Below, one piece after another: positions 42,141-52,514 of a DNA stretch of 64,000 nucleotides (position 1 is its first letter; the number at the start of each line of letters is the position of its first letter). The notes beneath the pieces were generated by a model, which ran no database searches, had not been told where the DNA came from, and saw nothing but the letters and a program-made list of their open reading frames with translations. Source of the DNA: Epithemia pelagica (taxonomy: Eukaryota; Protista; Bacillariophyta); contig OX337228.1 in assembly GCA_946965045.2 (NCBI GenBank), positions 5,642,001 through 5,706,000 on the forward strand, in the 5' to 3' direction. The translations under genes and the position numbers were made by a program.

Positions 42141-42902
42141 GGTGGAAGGCAAAAGGAAAACAAGAGAGCCAGAAGCAGGAGAGGTTCAGAGCAAAACACA
42201 GGCAAAAAACACAGAAGTGTGGAGGCATTGCCAAAAGGTGATGCAGATCGCAGATTTCGCGATTCTACCTGGAATTTAGGTGCACAAGTAGTGTCGACTT
42301 GCGTTTGCGCTGCAGTCGGCAGAGAACAAATACTTAGGACGTGTGCGTCGGCACAGTGCAAAAGGAGGTATCTATATTTTCATGTAGGGAGAAAAGATTA
42401 CCAAAACAATCGCTCACTTAAGCGAGTGCTCCCCGTCACGTGGGAGAGTGCCATGGGTCACACATCACGAGTGTGAACTATAAGTAGTGCCGCAAGCATA
42501 CCGTGACGAGTAGCTTAGCGCGAACACTCCCAAGCGGTGATCAGCCGCTGCCAGTACGGGCAAAAGGCAGAGAGCAAGACTCCAAGGAGTTTCACATGAT
42601 GCATAGCTTAGCTAGCATAGTTGGTGAGTTAGACAAAAAAAACATATTAGTTCCCCCGTGCATTGGCATATAGCGTATGTACAAGGCGGTGAATCCCAGT
42701 CGACCGGGATTGATCGGCCACCCTTGAGAAGAACATGCACTTTTAACCAGCGGGGAAACGTCTTGTACCATACACCCCAAATATGGCGGCTCCCAGAAAT
42801 TGGGCGTCTTAACTTAAAGCTGAGTCTAAGGGGAATCGAACCCCTGGCACCACGAGCCAACAGCAAACATTTACCAGCTAAACCACTGCGGCTCTGCGAT
42901 TT

Positions 42903-42915
42903 GGGTCTGATAAAC
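42903..42915 (-). promoter_or_regulatory. Primer-binding site of copia B, complementary to a tRNA anticodon stem-loop with anticodon GAU (Ile)
   Basis: The minus-strand PBS GTTTATCAGACCC abuts the 5' LTR. Its complement GGGT-CT-GAT-AA-AC fits tRNA positions 28-40. Confidence 0.65.
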
Positions 42916-43089
42916 TGTATAAATCCTGCCACTACACGCTACAAAACGGTGTATACGGCGTGCAACAAGTGGCTAGACCAAAATTATGACTAGAAAACTA
43001 GATGCGTAGCAGCATATGTAGGCGATGCATATTCGCCAATATGCGACCATGTATCCGCCAATATGCGACCTGTTGGCGGGATTTATTCA
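42916..43089 (-). repeat. 5' LTR of copia B (174 bp)
   Basis: Repeat of 36016-36189 with a single difference (T at 42950 vs G at 36050). Confidence 0.95.
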
Positions 43090-43513
43090 TTGCTTGGCGA
43101 CTGGCGGGATAGGTTTTCGGCGGTCGCGCGACGTGGCTTCATGACGTCACAAGCGTGAGCGGAAAACGGCAGGTGGTCATTGGGTCACAAGAGCAAGCTC
43201 ACCTCCACTACGGCCAAAAAGCCACGTGAACGGGAAAAAGCAACAAGATCCGCTTCCAACGAACCAAACCAACGAGACAGTGCCCTATTATAAGCGGAAA
43301 ACCAAGGTGTAAGTTGTCGCAATTGACGTTGTTGATTGAGTTACAGAAGATGGACCTTATGAGGACGCGAGAGAGGATGGAGAAGGGTCGAAAGTGGATG
43401 CAACTTTCGGTCTTGCGAGTCCCATGTCGGCACTCATTCTTCTCCTTGCATGGTGTTCGGCTCGTATGGGCACCTCTAACGTTCGTCATTTTCTTGAACA
43501 GGCCTTCTCTTGA

Positions 43514-44257
<744 letters not shown>

Positions 44258-44330
44258 AGAACTAATATTGTATGGTAGTCAATGGGTGTGCATACTACAT
44301 ACAAGGTATGTATTAACCACGTTTTTATTC

Positions 44331-46022
44331 CTAGTCTTTCTTTTGCTTTGCGTCAAGAAACACTTCCAATGCTTTCATCACCTTGGTCCAAAGCTCTTGG
44401 ATTTGCTTCATCTTGGTAGCTGCTAAAATTGCCAAAAAGCAAAACACCACAGCGTAGGTGTGTGACAAGATTTCGCTTCCGGCTTTGCATACCTGAGAGT
44501 ACGGGGAACAAGTCATGTCAGTCAACCAGCGAAGGATGTAAGCTGCAAATGCCATCGCCATGGGTAACAGCCATGTCTCAAATCCAAGCAAAGGATTTCG
44601 TCCGTTATTGAGGGACTCGTAAGTCTCCCACGATTTCTCGATCTGCACATCCAACTTGTCCTTTGCTTCATCGATGTTCTTGCGACTACCAAATGTAGCC
44701 ACTGAGCGAAAAACTTTCATGGCCTTTGCCATGCAAGCTTTGTGCTCGTCTTTGAGTTCTTCAGGACGAATAAAGTTGGTGCACTTGGGGCCGGCAACGA
44801 GATTCATGCGATCCTCGTACTCGGCCAATGCCAGGGTAACGGCATTACTATTATTGGCGCTAGCAGTAGCAGCCAATAAAGTTGCGGCAGTTGGAAATTT
44901 CGACCCAGTGACGAACACATCGGCATATGCTTGAATGTACGAGCCCAATTCAACTGCGGTTAACTCCCGATCGTGGATCTTTTTTGGTTGTAATGTCGAC
45001 TTTGAAAACACGCGCTTGCAGTAACGGTCCAACAAAGCAACAAACATCTTTTCCAACGCCGAAACGTCACCATTGTATTTCTTCTTTGTCACAGCAAAGC
45101 CTGGATGACACAGAGCATAACACGAAATCTCCTCGAAGCATGTATGAATTTGCTCACGTGTATCTTTGAGATCGGATGCTTCGCGGTCAGCCAACACTTT
45201 TCCGAGATACTCCTCTGTACTTTTCTCCATTGCCTCATAGTCTTCGTCTTCATCATCATAATGCTGCCAATCGCGAACTAAGAATTCAATCTTTTGAAAA
45301 GGTTTGTGTTCATCCTCTGATTGTCCCATAGCCGTTCGAGCGTATTCCGTGAACAAAGCCAACTGCTGTAGATTATCTTCTTGGATTCGTTTGTCAACAT
45401 TGTAGATCTGGTAACTGCTCAGCAACGTGCTAAGGCCAAAAATCGACGCCGTCAACGCCATAGTTGTCTCATGATCAAACATTCCTTGAGTATCTACAAG
45501 CAATACTGCAAGAGGCTCACCATCCTCAGTCTCGAGAAAGAAGGGATGACTCCACATCCAGATTCCGGTCGTATTTCGCTCACTTCCACCTTTCCACTCA
45601 AAACCTTCTTTGCCCAAGGCCTCAAACTGTTCATACCAAGGCTTTTCGTTATGGTTACCGGATTTGTTCTTCTTAGTCTCTTCAAGAGCGTAGAGATACC
45701 TCAAGAACAAACTTAGCAAGAAGCTCTTGCCCGTTCGAAATGCGCCAACCACCGACACTACAGCCACTTTCCACCCAACCGGAACGCGGCTCAAAATCTC
45801 ATTCCAGCGCTCCTTGTGAAATGTAAACGCATGAGCGTCATCATCGCTTCCGATCGACACAATCTGCGAAGCAACGGCGTCCTGTTCACCGACTTCGACG
45901 ACGATTTCGCTTGGGTTCTTGGCTTCGACCTTGCCATCAACGACATCGTCACTTTCCTCCTTTAGCTCCGGCGGAGCGTCATTGTGCTCCACCATTACTG
46001 CTGATTCATCCGTGTCAGACAT
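44331..46022 (-). CDS. ATL: Atlastin (ER-fusion GTPase, GBP family)
   Basis: VSVVGAFRTGKSFLL, GGSERNTTGIWMW, DTQG and LVRDW, plus two C-terminal transmembrane helices. Confidence 0.92.
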   Translation of the reverse strand: MSDTDESAVMVEHNDAPPELKEESDDVVDGKVEAKNPSEIVVEVGEQDAVASQIVSIGSDDDAHAFTFHKERWNEILSRVPVGWKVAVVSVVGAFRTGKSFLLSLFLRYLYALEETKKNKSGNHNEKPWYEQFEALGKEGFEWKGGSERNTTGIWMWSHPFFLETEDGEPLAVLLVDTQGMFDHETTMALTASIFGLSTLLSSYQIYNVDKRIQEDNLQQLALFTEYARTAMGQSEDEHKPFQKIEFLVRDWQHYDDEDEDYEAMEKSTEEYLGKVLADREASDLKDTREQIHTCFEEISCYALCHPGFAVTKKKYNGDVSALEKMFVALLDRYCKRVFSKSTLQPKKIHDRELTAVELGSYIQAYADVFVTGSKFPTAATLLAATASANNSNAVTLALAEYEDRMNLVAGPKCTNFIRPEELKDEHKACMAKAMKVFRSVATFGSRKNIDEAKDKLDVQIEKSWETYESLNNGRNPLLGFETWLLPMAMAFAAYILRWLTDMTCSPYSQVCKAGSEILSHTYAVVFCFLAILAATKMKQIQELWTKVMKALEVFLDAKQKKD

Positions 46023-46459
46023 CGAGAGGCGTTCAATGAGTTAAATATTGCTTGCCTGACTGTGTTGCTGCCGTCGGTCCAATGCCAGTTGTCAATCAAT
46101 TTGATTGTTCTGGAGTCTCGCGTTCAATTCCTGACGGCTTTGTGATTGATTGTGACGGTGCGCAGACAAAGCAGAGACAGACAGAAGATTTTGCGACGGG
46201 AAGACGCCTGCGCGCGGAGAGCGTCTCTCGATGCCCGCGCGCGAGAAAGGTGGACGTTGGAAGGAGTGACTCATTCCACCCACATGACATGTACCCCATG
46301 TCCATATTCGGCCAGCGTCATCGCATATGGCAATCCTTCTCTTTCTTGGCAATAATGACATCAGTTTACGCGTTATTTGAAGTTTGATGAACCATTCCCC
46401 CGTCTTCCGACCGAACAACTCAAAGTTGCAATTCGTCAATGGTGGACATAAAAAGACAA

Positions 46460-47413
46460 ATGTCATTCAACAGCAACAAAATGAATTTCCTGACAGGACT
46501 TACGATACTCTTGTCTTTTCTGGGTATACGTGGATTCACTGCGCCGTTGCCGTCAGTCAACCCAAATCAAGCCAGAATTGTGCAACAGCCCATTCATAGT
46601 ACATCCACTGCCCTTAGTGTATGGTGGTTTGGTGGGACGGATCTTGAAGAATCGACCTTACAGAAAACAGACGATGAATCATGCGAGCTGGTCCCCGTGA
46701 GGATTGAAAGACCGTCATCGAATAGCCGAAAAATATTTGGTGAAATTGTGGTTCCTGTGCCATTAGAGGACGTTTGGGCAATCCTGACCGATTACGACCG
46801 TCTCGCTATTCATGTTCCCAATTTGGTCGAATCAAGAATTGTCGAGCGAACTTCAGGAGGGGAGCAAGGAGATGGATTGTTTCGATGTCGTTTGTATCAA
46901 AAAGGAGCACAAAAGATTGTGGGTTTCGAGTTTGGGGCGTCGGTAACGATGGATATGAGAGAAATGGCATCTGACCTCGTACGAGCCTTACCGCCGAGTG
47001 TATCGGGAAGTCCAATGTCTGCGAGAAAAGAACGCCGTATATCATTCAAATGCGCGGATAGCTTTTTCTTCAATGAGTTTGATGGTGAATGGAAAGTCGT
47101 CGAACAAACAAGCGAGGATGGATCTCCCGAGTCTGTCTTATCTTATGTCGTGGACGTTAGACCAAAAGGCCCTGTTCCAGTTGCCGCTCTGGAATGGCGC
47201 ATTAGAGAGGATGTACCTACAAATTTGAGAGCCGTAAAGAAAGCCTCCATGGAAGTTGGCCTTGACGGTGTGCTCGCCTCACGAACTGGATCCAGACGTG
47301 CATCAGGCTCGCCTATGTCTGTTGCATCTCAGCAAATACCACGACGGCTGGAACGAGTAATGGTGCAGTGGGAGGAGAGCGAAACTATGGCGGCATACCT
47401 CGACAAACCATAG
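46460..47413 (+). CDS. Polyketide cyclase/Coq10-like SRPBCC domain protein, probably plastid-targeted
   Basis: VPVPLEDVWAILTDYDRLAIHVPNLVES and FNEFDGEWKV..LSYVVDVRP. Signal peptide ending IRG-F. Confidence 0.82.
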   Translation: MSFNSNKMNFLTGLTILLSFLGIRGFTAPLPSVNPNQARIVQQPIHSTSTALSVWWFGGTDLEESTLQKTDDESCELVPVRIERPSSNSRKIFGEIVVPVPLEDVWAILTDYDRLAIHVPNLVESRIVERTSGGEQGDGLFRCRLYQKGAQKIVGFEFGASVTMDMREMASDLVRALPPSVSGSPMSARKERRISFKCADSFFFNEFDGEWKVVEQTSEDGSPESVLSYVVDVRPKGPVPVAALEWRIREDVPTNLRAVKKASMEVGLDGVLASRTGSRRASGSPMSVASQQIPRRLERVMVQWEESETMAAYLDKP

Positions 47414-47444
47414 CACAATCATGAGAATCGCTGATTAACTACAA

Positions 47445-48071
47445 TTATGTGGAATCTTTTTGATCGACGCTGTCATCTGTTGCGACTTTAGAAAGATATT
47501 TTTCATAAACATATTTCATCTCTTCTTGTTCTGACATGTTTTTTATCTTCTCTGATTCGGAAGTGACAAGATGAGGAAATATCTGCTTCCAGTATCTCGA
47601 AATTGGAAAGACTTCACTATCAAATTCTTTGGGACGTGCGCATCGCTTAAGATTATGCGATGCTTTCTCTAGCGAATCAGATCCAGAAGTATAACACACA
47701 ATGGCTCCAAGCATCGCGAAAACGGCAATGTTGCCCTTCGTTGCAATTCGAAAGGCACGGTTAGCTAACGCTGCAGCAGCTGAATGGGATATCTGCGGCT
47801 GTTCTTTAGCAGACGCTTTCAATGAAGAAGTTGTTGCATTGGAGATTGATGAAGATTCGAGTTGTTCCACGACAATGTTTTCCGTCGGTGCTCGAAAGTC
47901 TTGGATCGCGGAATACGCCGATATCACAGATGTAGCAAGGAGAACATGTCCCGGATTTATCGATTGGACAACAAAGTCACGTAGTTTTGTCATGATTCTG
48001 CCATTTCCACCAGGAGACAACTGCGACTTATAGGCTGCGGGAACATCTTCACTCGCTGGCTGTTCATCCAT
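47445..48071 (-). CDS. Hypothetical small membrane protein (weak resemblance to TMEM242/DUF1358)
   Basis: About 208-aa ORF from ATG 48071 with two hydrophobic segments (LANRAFRIAT..AVFAMLGAIVCYTSG). The family resemblance was judged by eye only. Confidence 0.55.
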   Translation of the reverse strand: MDEQPASEDVPAAYKSQLSPGGNGRIMTKLRDFVVQSINPGHVLLATSVISAYSAIQDFRAPTENIVVEQLESSSISNATTSSLKASAKEQPQISHSAAAALANRAFRIATKGNIAVFAMLGAIVCYTSGSDSLEKASHNLKRCARPKEFDSEVFPISRYWKQIFPHLVTSESEKIKNMSEQEEMKYVYEKYLSKVATDDSVDQKDST

Positions 48072-48342
48072 ACTGCGGAGTTGTGGTGACAATCGACACT
48101 TGACCCTCGGGGAATGCCGATCTGTTGTTGCGTGGCTGATGAGAAGGACTCTCCCTAGCTCTCTAGCTAGGAGTAGCTTACGCCTACTCCCGCCCCAAGA
48201 CAGTTGAGTAGCTTTTCCTACTGCCACTCCGTTTGGGTATCCATGTGCGAAAGGATTTCGCATTTTTCCTTCCAGAACACTGTCACAAATCATCCATCAA
48301 TTTGCCGACGTTCCTATTACTACAAGAAAGATTTCGTAAATC

Positions 48343-49539
48343 ATGGATAGTCTTATCCAAGCAATTGACGGTGCTGTTCTATCGAAAGATTATTCCACCA
48401 TATGCAACCTTTTTTCTGACAATTCATCATTGTCGTCTTTTTCTTGGCAATCCGTGGGCCAAGGGGAACAGCGATCCCTGGCTGCCTATTTTATTCAACA
48501 GGCCACAAACACTCCCGGATTTCTCCCTGATGCGTTTCGTCATGGAGCAATGATGAGTGTCATGACAAAAGTTCTCGGTCATCTACCGAGTACGGTAGAG
48601 AAAGCGGATGACAATACTTTACGGCAGAAAATATTTGAGTATCTTATCAGCAACGGTGGAGAACCGGATTACATTGGAGCCGCTCGTATTTTGAGTGGAA
48701 TGCGCATGGAGGAAGATACGCAGTCAGTGTACTATATGACAGCCGCCAATCGCACCGATGTTTACGTCCGAATCGCCGAATGTTTTCTTGCAGAAGATGA
48801 GATTGCCGAATCGGATTCTGCTGTTCAAAAAGCTGGAGGCATTGTGGAGTCCATTCCGGACAAGGAAAACCACACGGCGCTCATCTTACGATACAAGAGT
48901 ACCTATGCGCGCGTGTTAGATTCCAATCGGAAATTCTTACAGGCGGCACAGCGGTACCATGAGCTAAGTCAATCAGCAACTGATTTGATTGACGCTGACG
49001 ATTTATTGACAATGCTGGGCATGGCGGCTACTTGTGCGATACTAGCTCCAAGTGGCCCTCAACGCGAACGAGTGATTGGTCATATCTGCAAAGATAAACG
49101 TCTGAACGACTTGGATGCGAAATTCTCCACTCACTCAACTATTCTCAGAAAGATGCATTCACGCCAGATCCTTCGACCTGATGAGCTTAAGCAGTTTGAA
49201 AGCTCGCTTGCGGATCACCAGAAAGCCTTGATGGGAGATGGATTGACAATTATGGAACGTGGTGTTGTAGAGCACAACATGATCTCTGTGAGCAACTTGT
49301 ATCGTACAATATACATGAGTGAACTGGCAAAGATACTTGGGGTGACAGAAAAGCGTGCTGAAACAATAGCGGCCAACATGATCATGGAAGGCGCTCTAAA
49401 CGGCACCATCGATGAAGTTGACGGGTTACTTGAGTTTGCAGCTGAAGAATCTCCTGAAGACTCGTGGGACCATGCGATCAATAGCTTTTGCCTAGAACTG
49501 AACCGTGTCTCGGATGCTATCAAGGCCAGCACTAGCTAA
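48343..49539 (+). CDS. CSN4: COP9 signalosome subunit 4
   Basis: YARVLDSNRKFLQAAQRYHELS, CAILAPSGPQRER and GLTIMERGVVEHNM..PCI domain. Confidence 0.93.
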   Translation: MDSLIQAIDGAVLSKDYSTICNLFSDNSSLSSFSWQSVGQGEQRSLAAYFIQQATNTPGFLPDAFRHGAMMSVMTKVLGHLPSTVEKADDNTLRQKIFEYLISNGGEPDYIGAARILSGMRMEEDTQSVYYMTAANRTDVYVRIAECFLAEDEIAESDSAVQKAGGIVESIPDKENHTALILRYKSTYARVLDSNRKFLQAAQRYHELSQSATDLIDADDLLTMLGMAATCAILAPSGPQRERVIGHICKDKRLNDLDAKFSTHSTILRKMHSRQILRPDELKQFESSLADHQKALMGDGLTIMERGVVEHNMISVSNLYRTIYMSELAKILGVTEKRAETIAANMIMEGALNGTIDEVDGLLEFAAEESPEDSWDHAINSFCLELNRVSDAIKASTS

Positions 49540-50185
49540 GTTCCCTTGGGCATATCCATATTTTTGTTCCCTATGATCGAACATGCGGCTAATCGGTACA
49601 AAACCATCATGCCATTTTACTCCTACCTCCTACGAGGTCCGTAATAGATCGCATAGCTGCCTACTACCTCTAGCTCTAGTAGATACTCCTAGCTTGGAGT
49701 CCCGCCGTTGATATCCCTAACGATTATCCTTATCTGCACGACTAATCTCAAACTTGCCCAATCCCCTTTCTAGGAAACTCGGGTTCGAAAAGTAACGTTG
49801 GAAGTTCGTTGAGAAGCGGAGTTCGTACAAGTACAACGGTAGGCCAGTCGTACGGCGCACCCCATACCGATGAGCTCGACTGACTGTTGTGCGGGTCGCG
49901 AACGCGAAGCGAACGAGCTCATAAAATTGCGAGTTGCGAGCCCATTCTTGCGCACCGCCCCCTTTCATTGGAGCACACGGTACGAATTACGAGGATGTGT
50001 TTACGCCAGCCGTCTCCATCCCCTGATTTTGAGGGCACAACAAAAACAGATTGCACGAAGATAATAACAAGGCACAACCGAAGAACCGACCGGCAACAAG
50101 CCCAAGACGACGACAACAACACCAGTTCGCCGGTTTTGAAGAGCGTAGTGGTAACCACGACAGAGAAAAGGCGACGAGCTGCATC

Positions 50186-52420
50186 ATGACTATTGCTGAG
50201 CCTGACGCTCCGTTGAGTGCAAAGACGGTGTCGGAGAGTGACCCTAAGGAGGGAAAGGAAGAAGAAAAACATGTATCAGGTGGCACTGAAGACACAGATG
50301 AAGCGACCGTAACCGCACCTCCATCCGAGTCGAATGCAGAAGAAGAAAAGAAAGAGGAGAAACCACAACCGAGTGCAGAAGAGCAGGAGGCTGCCAAAAA
50401 GAAATACGAGAACTGGCCCATGAAGAACATATCAGAACCGCACGATCACGACGTTCTGTACGGCAGGGGTGGAGGAACCAACCATCATCCTGGGAACAAG
50501 CGCTATCGCAAGATGGTGGAAGATAAAAAGTTGGACTATGTAAACAGCAAGAGACTCGACAAGCCTCTTGTGGCTCTCGAGATCATAAAGGCCTGGCGAG
50601 AGCAGCAACCTCCTGGTCGTTTCCTTAAATTGGATGAGAAGACAGGAATGTGGTTTGACGTTGGGGACAAAAAAGCACGGGAGAAGACGAGCCAAGCACT
50701 TAGAGAAAAAGCTCCTCAAATTCGGAAACAGCAAGAGGAAGAGAGGATGGCACTCGAGGGTGGAGAGGTACGAAATGCAATCATCCGCGTGAGAATGAAT
50801 ACGAGTTTCAACGCTCACTGTATTGCGTCTTGTCTTTTTTGAAAGGGAGGGGACGGGAAAACAACTCGTTTTGCTGAAGGTACCAAAGATGGGGACGGCG
50901 GAAAAGTTAGAAAGCCTGGGTTGGCGAGAGATACAAGCCTAGGTCCTCTTGCAGCGGAGAACGATGTCACACTCGACGGCTTCTCGTGGCAGGAAGGAAT
51001 TGGGGGGAGCGAAGGTGTCAGTGATTCTTCCACGACAAAGACAAGCATGACGTCGTCGGCTTCCCAACAGCATCCACAACACCAACAGTCATATCCACGA
51101 CCGAGTCCGCCATACTTGACTCACTCTGGTGGACTTCCTCCACCTGAATACGGACACTACCGCTACGGAAGTCATGGTAGTATTGGAAGCATGGGCCCCC
51201 CACCGTCGCATTCTTATGGGCCGGGTGTGGATGATCGGCGAATGCAATATTCTTCATCTGGTCGATACGAAAGTTGGGGAAGTTTGCCGCCCGCTGGTCC
51301 CATGCCACCCTCCCCACTTCACTCGGGAGGACATTTACATTCAAATAGTAGCTGGGGTGCCCCAGAACACGGTATGTCCTCTTCTCGTGAGCACAGTCTT
51401 GGTCAGTTTCCGTTGCCCCATGCATCGATTGGCCACCCGGCACCATATGCAACCTTCGATTCGCGTGCCAATTCTGGGCACTATGGACCATACCCTCCGC
51501 CCCATTATGGCCCTCCCCCTCCAGCTTATAGCTACAGTGGTAGTGGCGCTCCTCCACCGCCTCCACCTTATCACCCGACTCCACCTACGAGCAGCTACAG
51601 TAGTGGCCATGTGCGAACCCCATCGAATTCGCATTCCCTTGATCCAGCCGTTGCGTCGGCTTGGTCTGGAAAGCCTGAGGCTGAAATAGTAAAAACTTTA
51701 TCCGAAGAAGAGTTCGAACCAGAGAAGCAACGCGCAAACTTGGAAGTTCCTGATGCGTTAGTTGATACAAAACCAGATATTATCAAGAGAGCCACATCAA
51801 ATCAGAATGAGACGTTTGAAACAAAACCAGATCGGGTCGGAGCCTCGGTAAAACGTGCCGCGTTGAATCGCGACAGCAGCCGGGCTTCCAACCGATTGAA
51901 GGAGATTTGTTTCCCTGGGCAGTTCTCCAATGGAACGTTTGACGCGTTGAAGGAAATGAACGAACTTAGCGAAGACATGAACCGTAGCAGACTGAGTGGA
52001 GATGCTTCTCGACCATTTCCTATATCGGAAGACGGGCGGACATCTACGTTTGACTATCTTCCTCCTCTCGGCGACGGTCCTATTGGACGAGATTCACTGG
52101 GCAGCAGCTTGCATTCGTCCAATGGGAGCTTGCGAGCGATGGATCTTGCAGTCAAACCTAAGCCACTTGCTACAAGCAGTCGCTCCAGCACCATTGAGGG
52201 GTTGGCGTTGGATGCGGTAGACGATGTCCTTCTAAAACCAGAGCCTGCCGAGCGAATCTCTACTATGGAATATGTCATGGCGGATCTGCAGAAGCCTGGT
52301 GCGATCCGGTTGGACACGCGCCTTACAACAACGGACTTTCTTGAAATTGTGAATGAACCAATGCCCTCAGTTGACGATTCAATAGTCGACGAGTTCTCGG
52401 GGAAGCAGCAGGCTGTATAG
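50186..52420 (+). CDS. DUF6824-domain protein (diatom-expanded family), 2 exons
   Basis: Exons 50186-50767 and 50846-52420, intron 50768-50845. DVLYGRGG..HPGNKRYRKMV..PPGRFLK..DKKAREKTSQALRE, followed by a Pro/Ser/His-rich disordered region. Confidence 0.85.
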
Positions 52421-52514
52421 TCGGTGTAAATTCAGAGGGTGGGGGTTGTTTAATATTATAATCTGTTTAGCACAGTAGCATCGTGATTGGCATTATGCCC
52501 AAGCAGAATCGTCC

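Larger units (their letters stand above)
36016..43089 (-). mobile_element. Full-length Ty1/copia LTR retrotransposon (CoDi-like), element B
   Basis: 174-bp LTRs with one mismatch and a 4-bp TSD TTGC (36012-36015 and 43090-43093). Separate gag and pol ORFs, domain order PR-IN-RT-RH. Confidence 0.97.
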
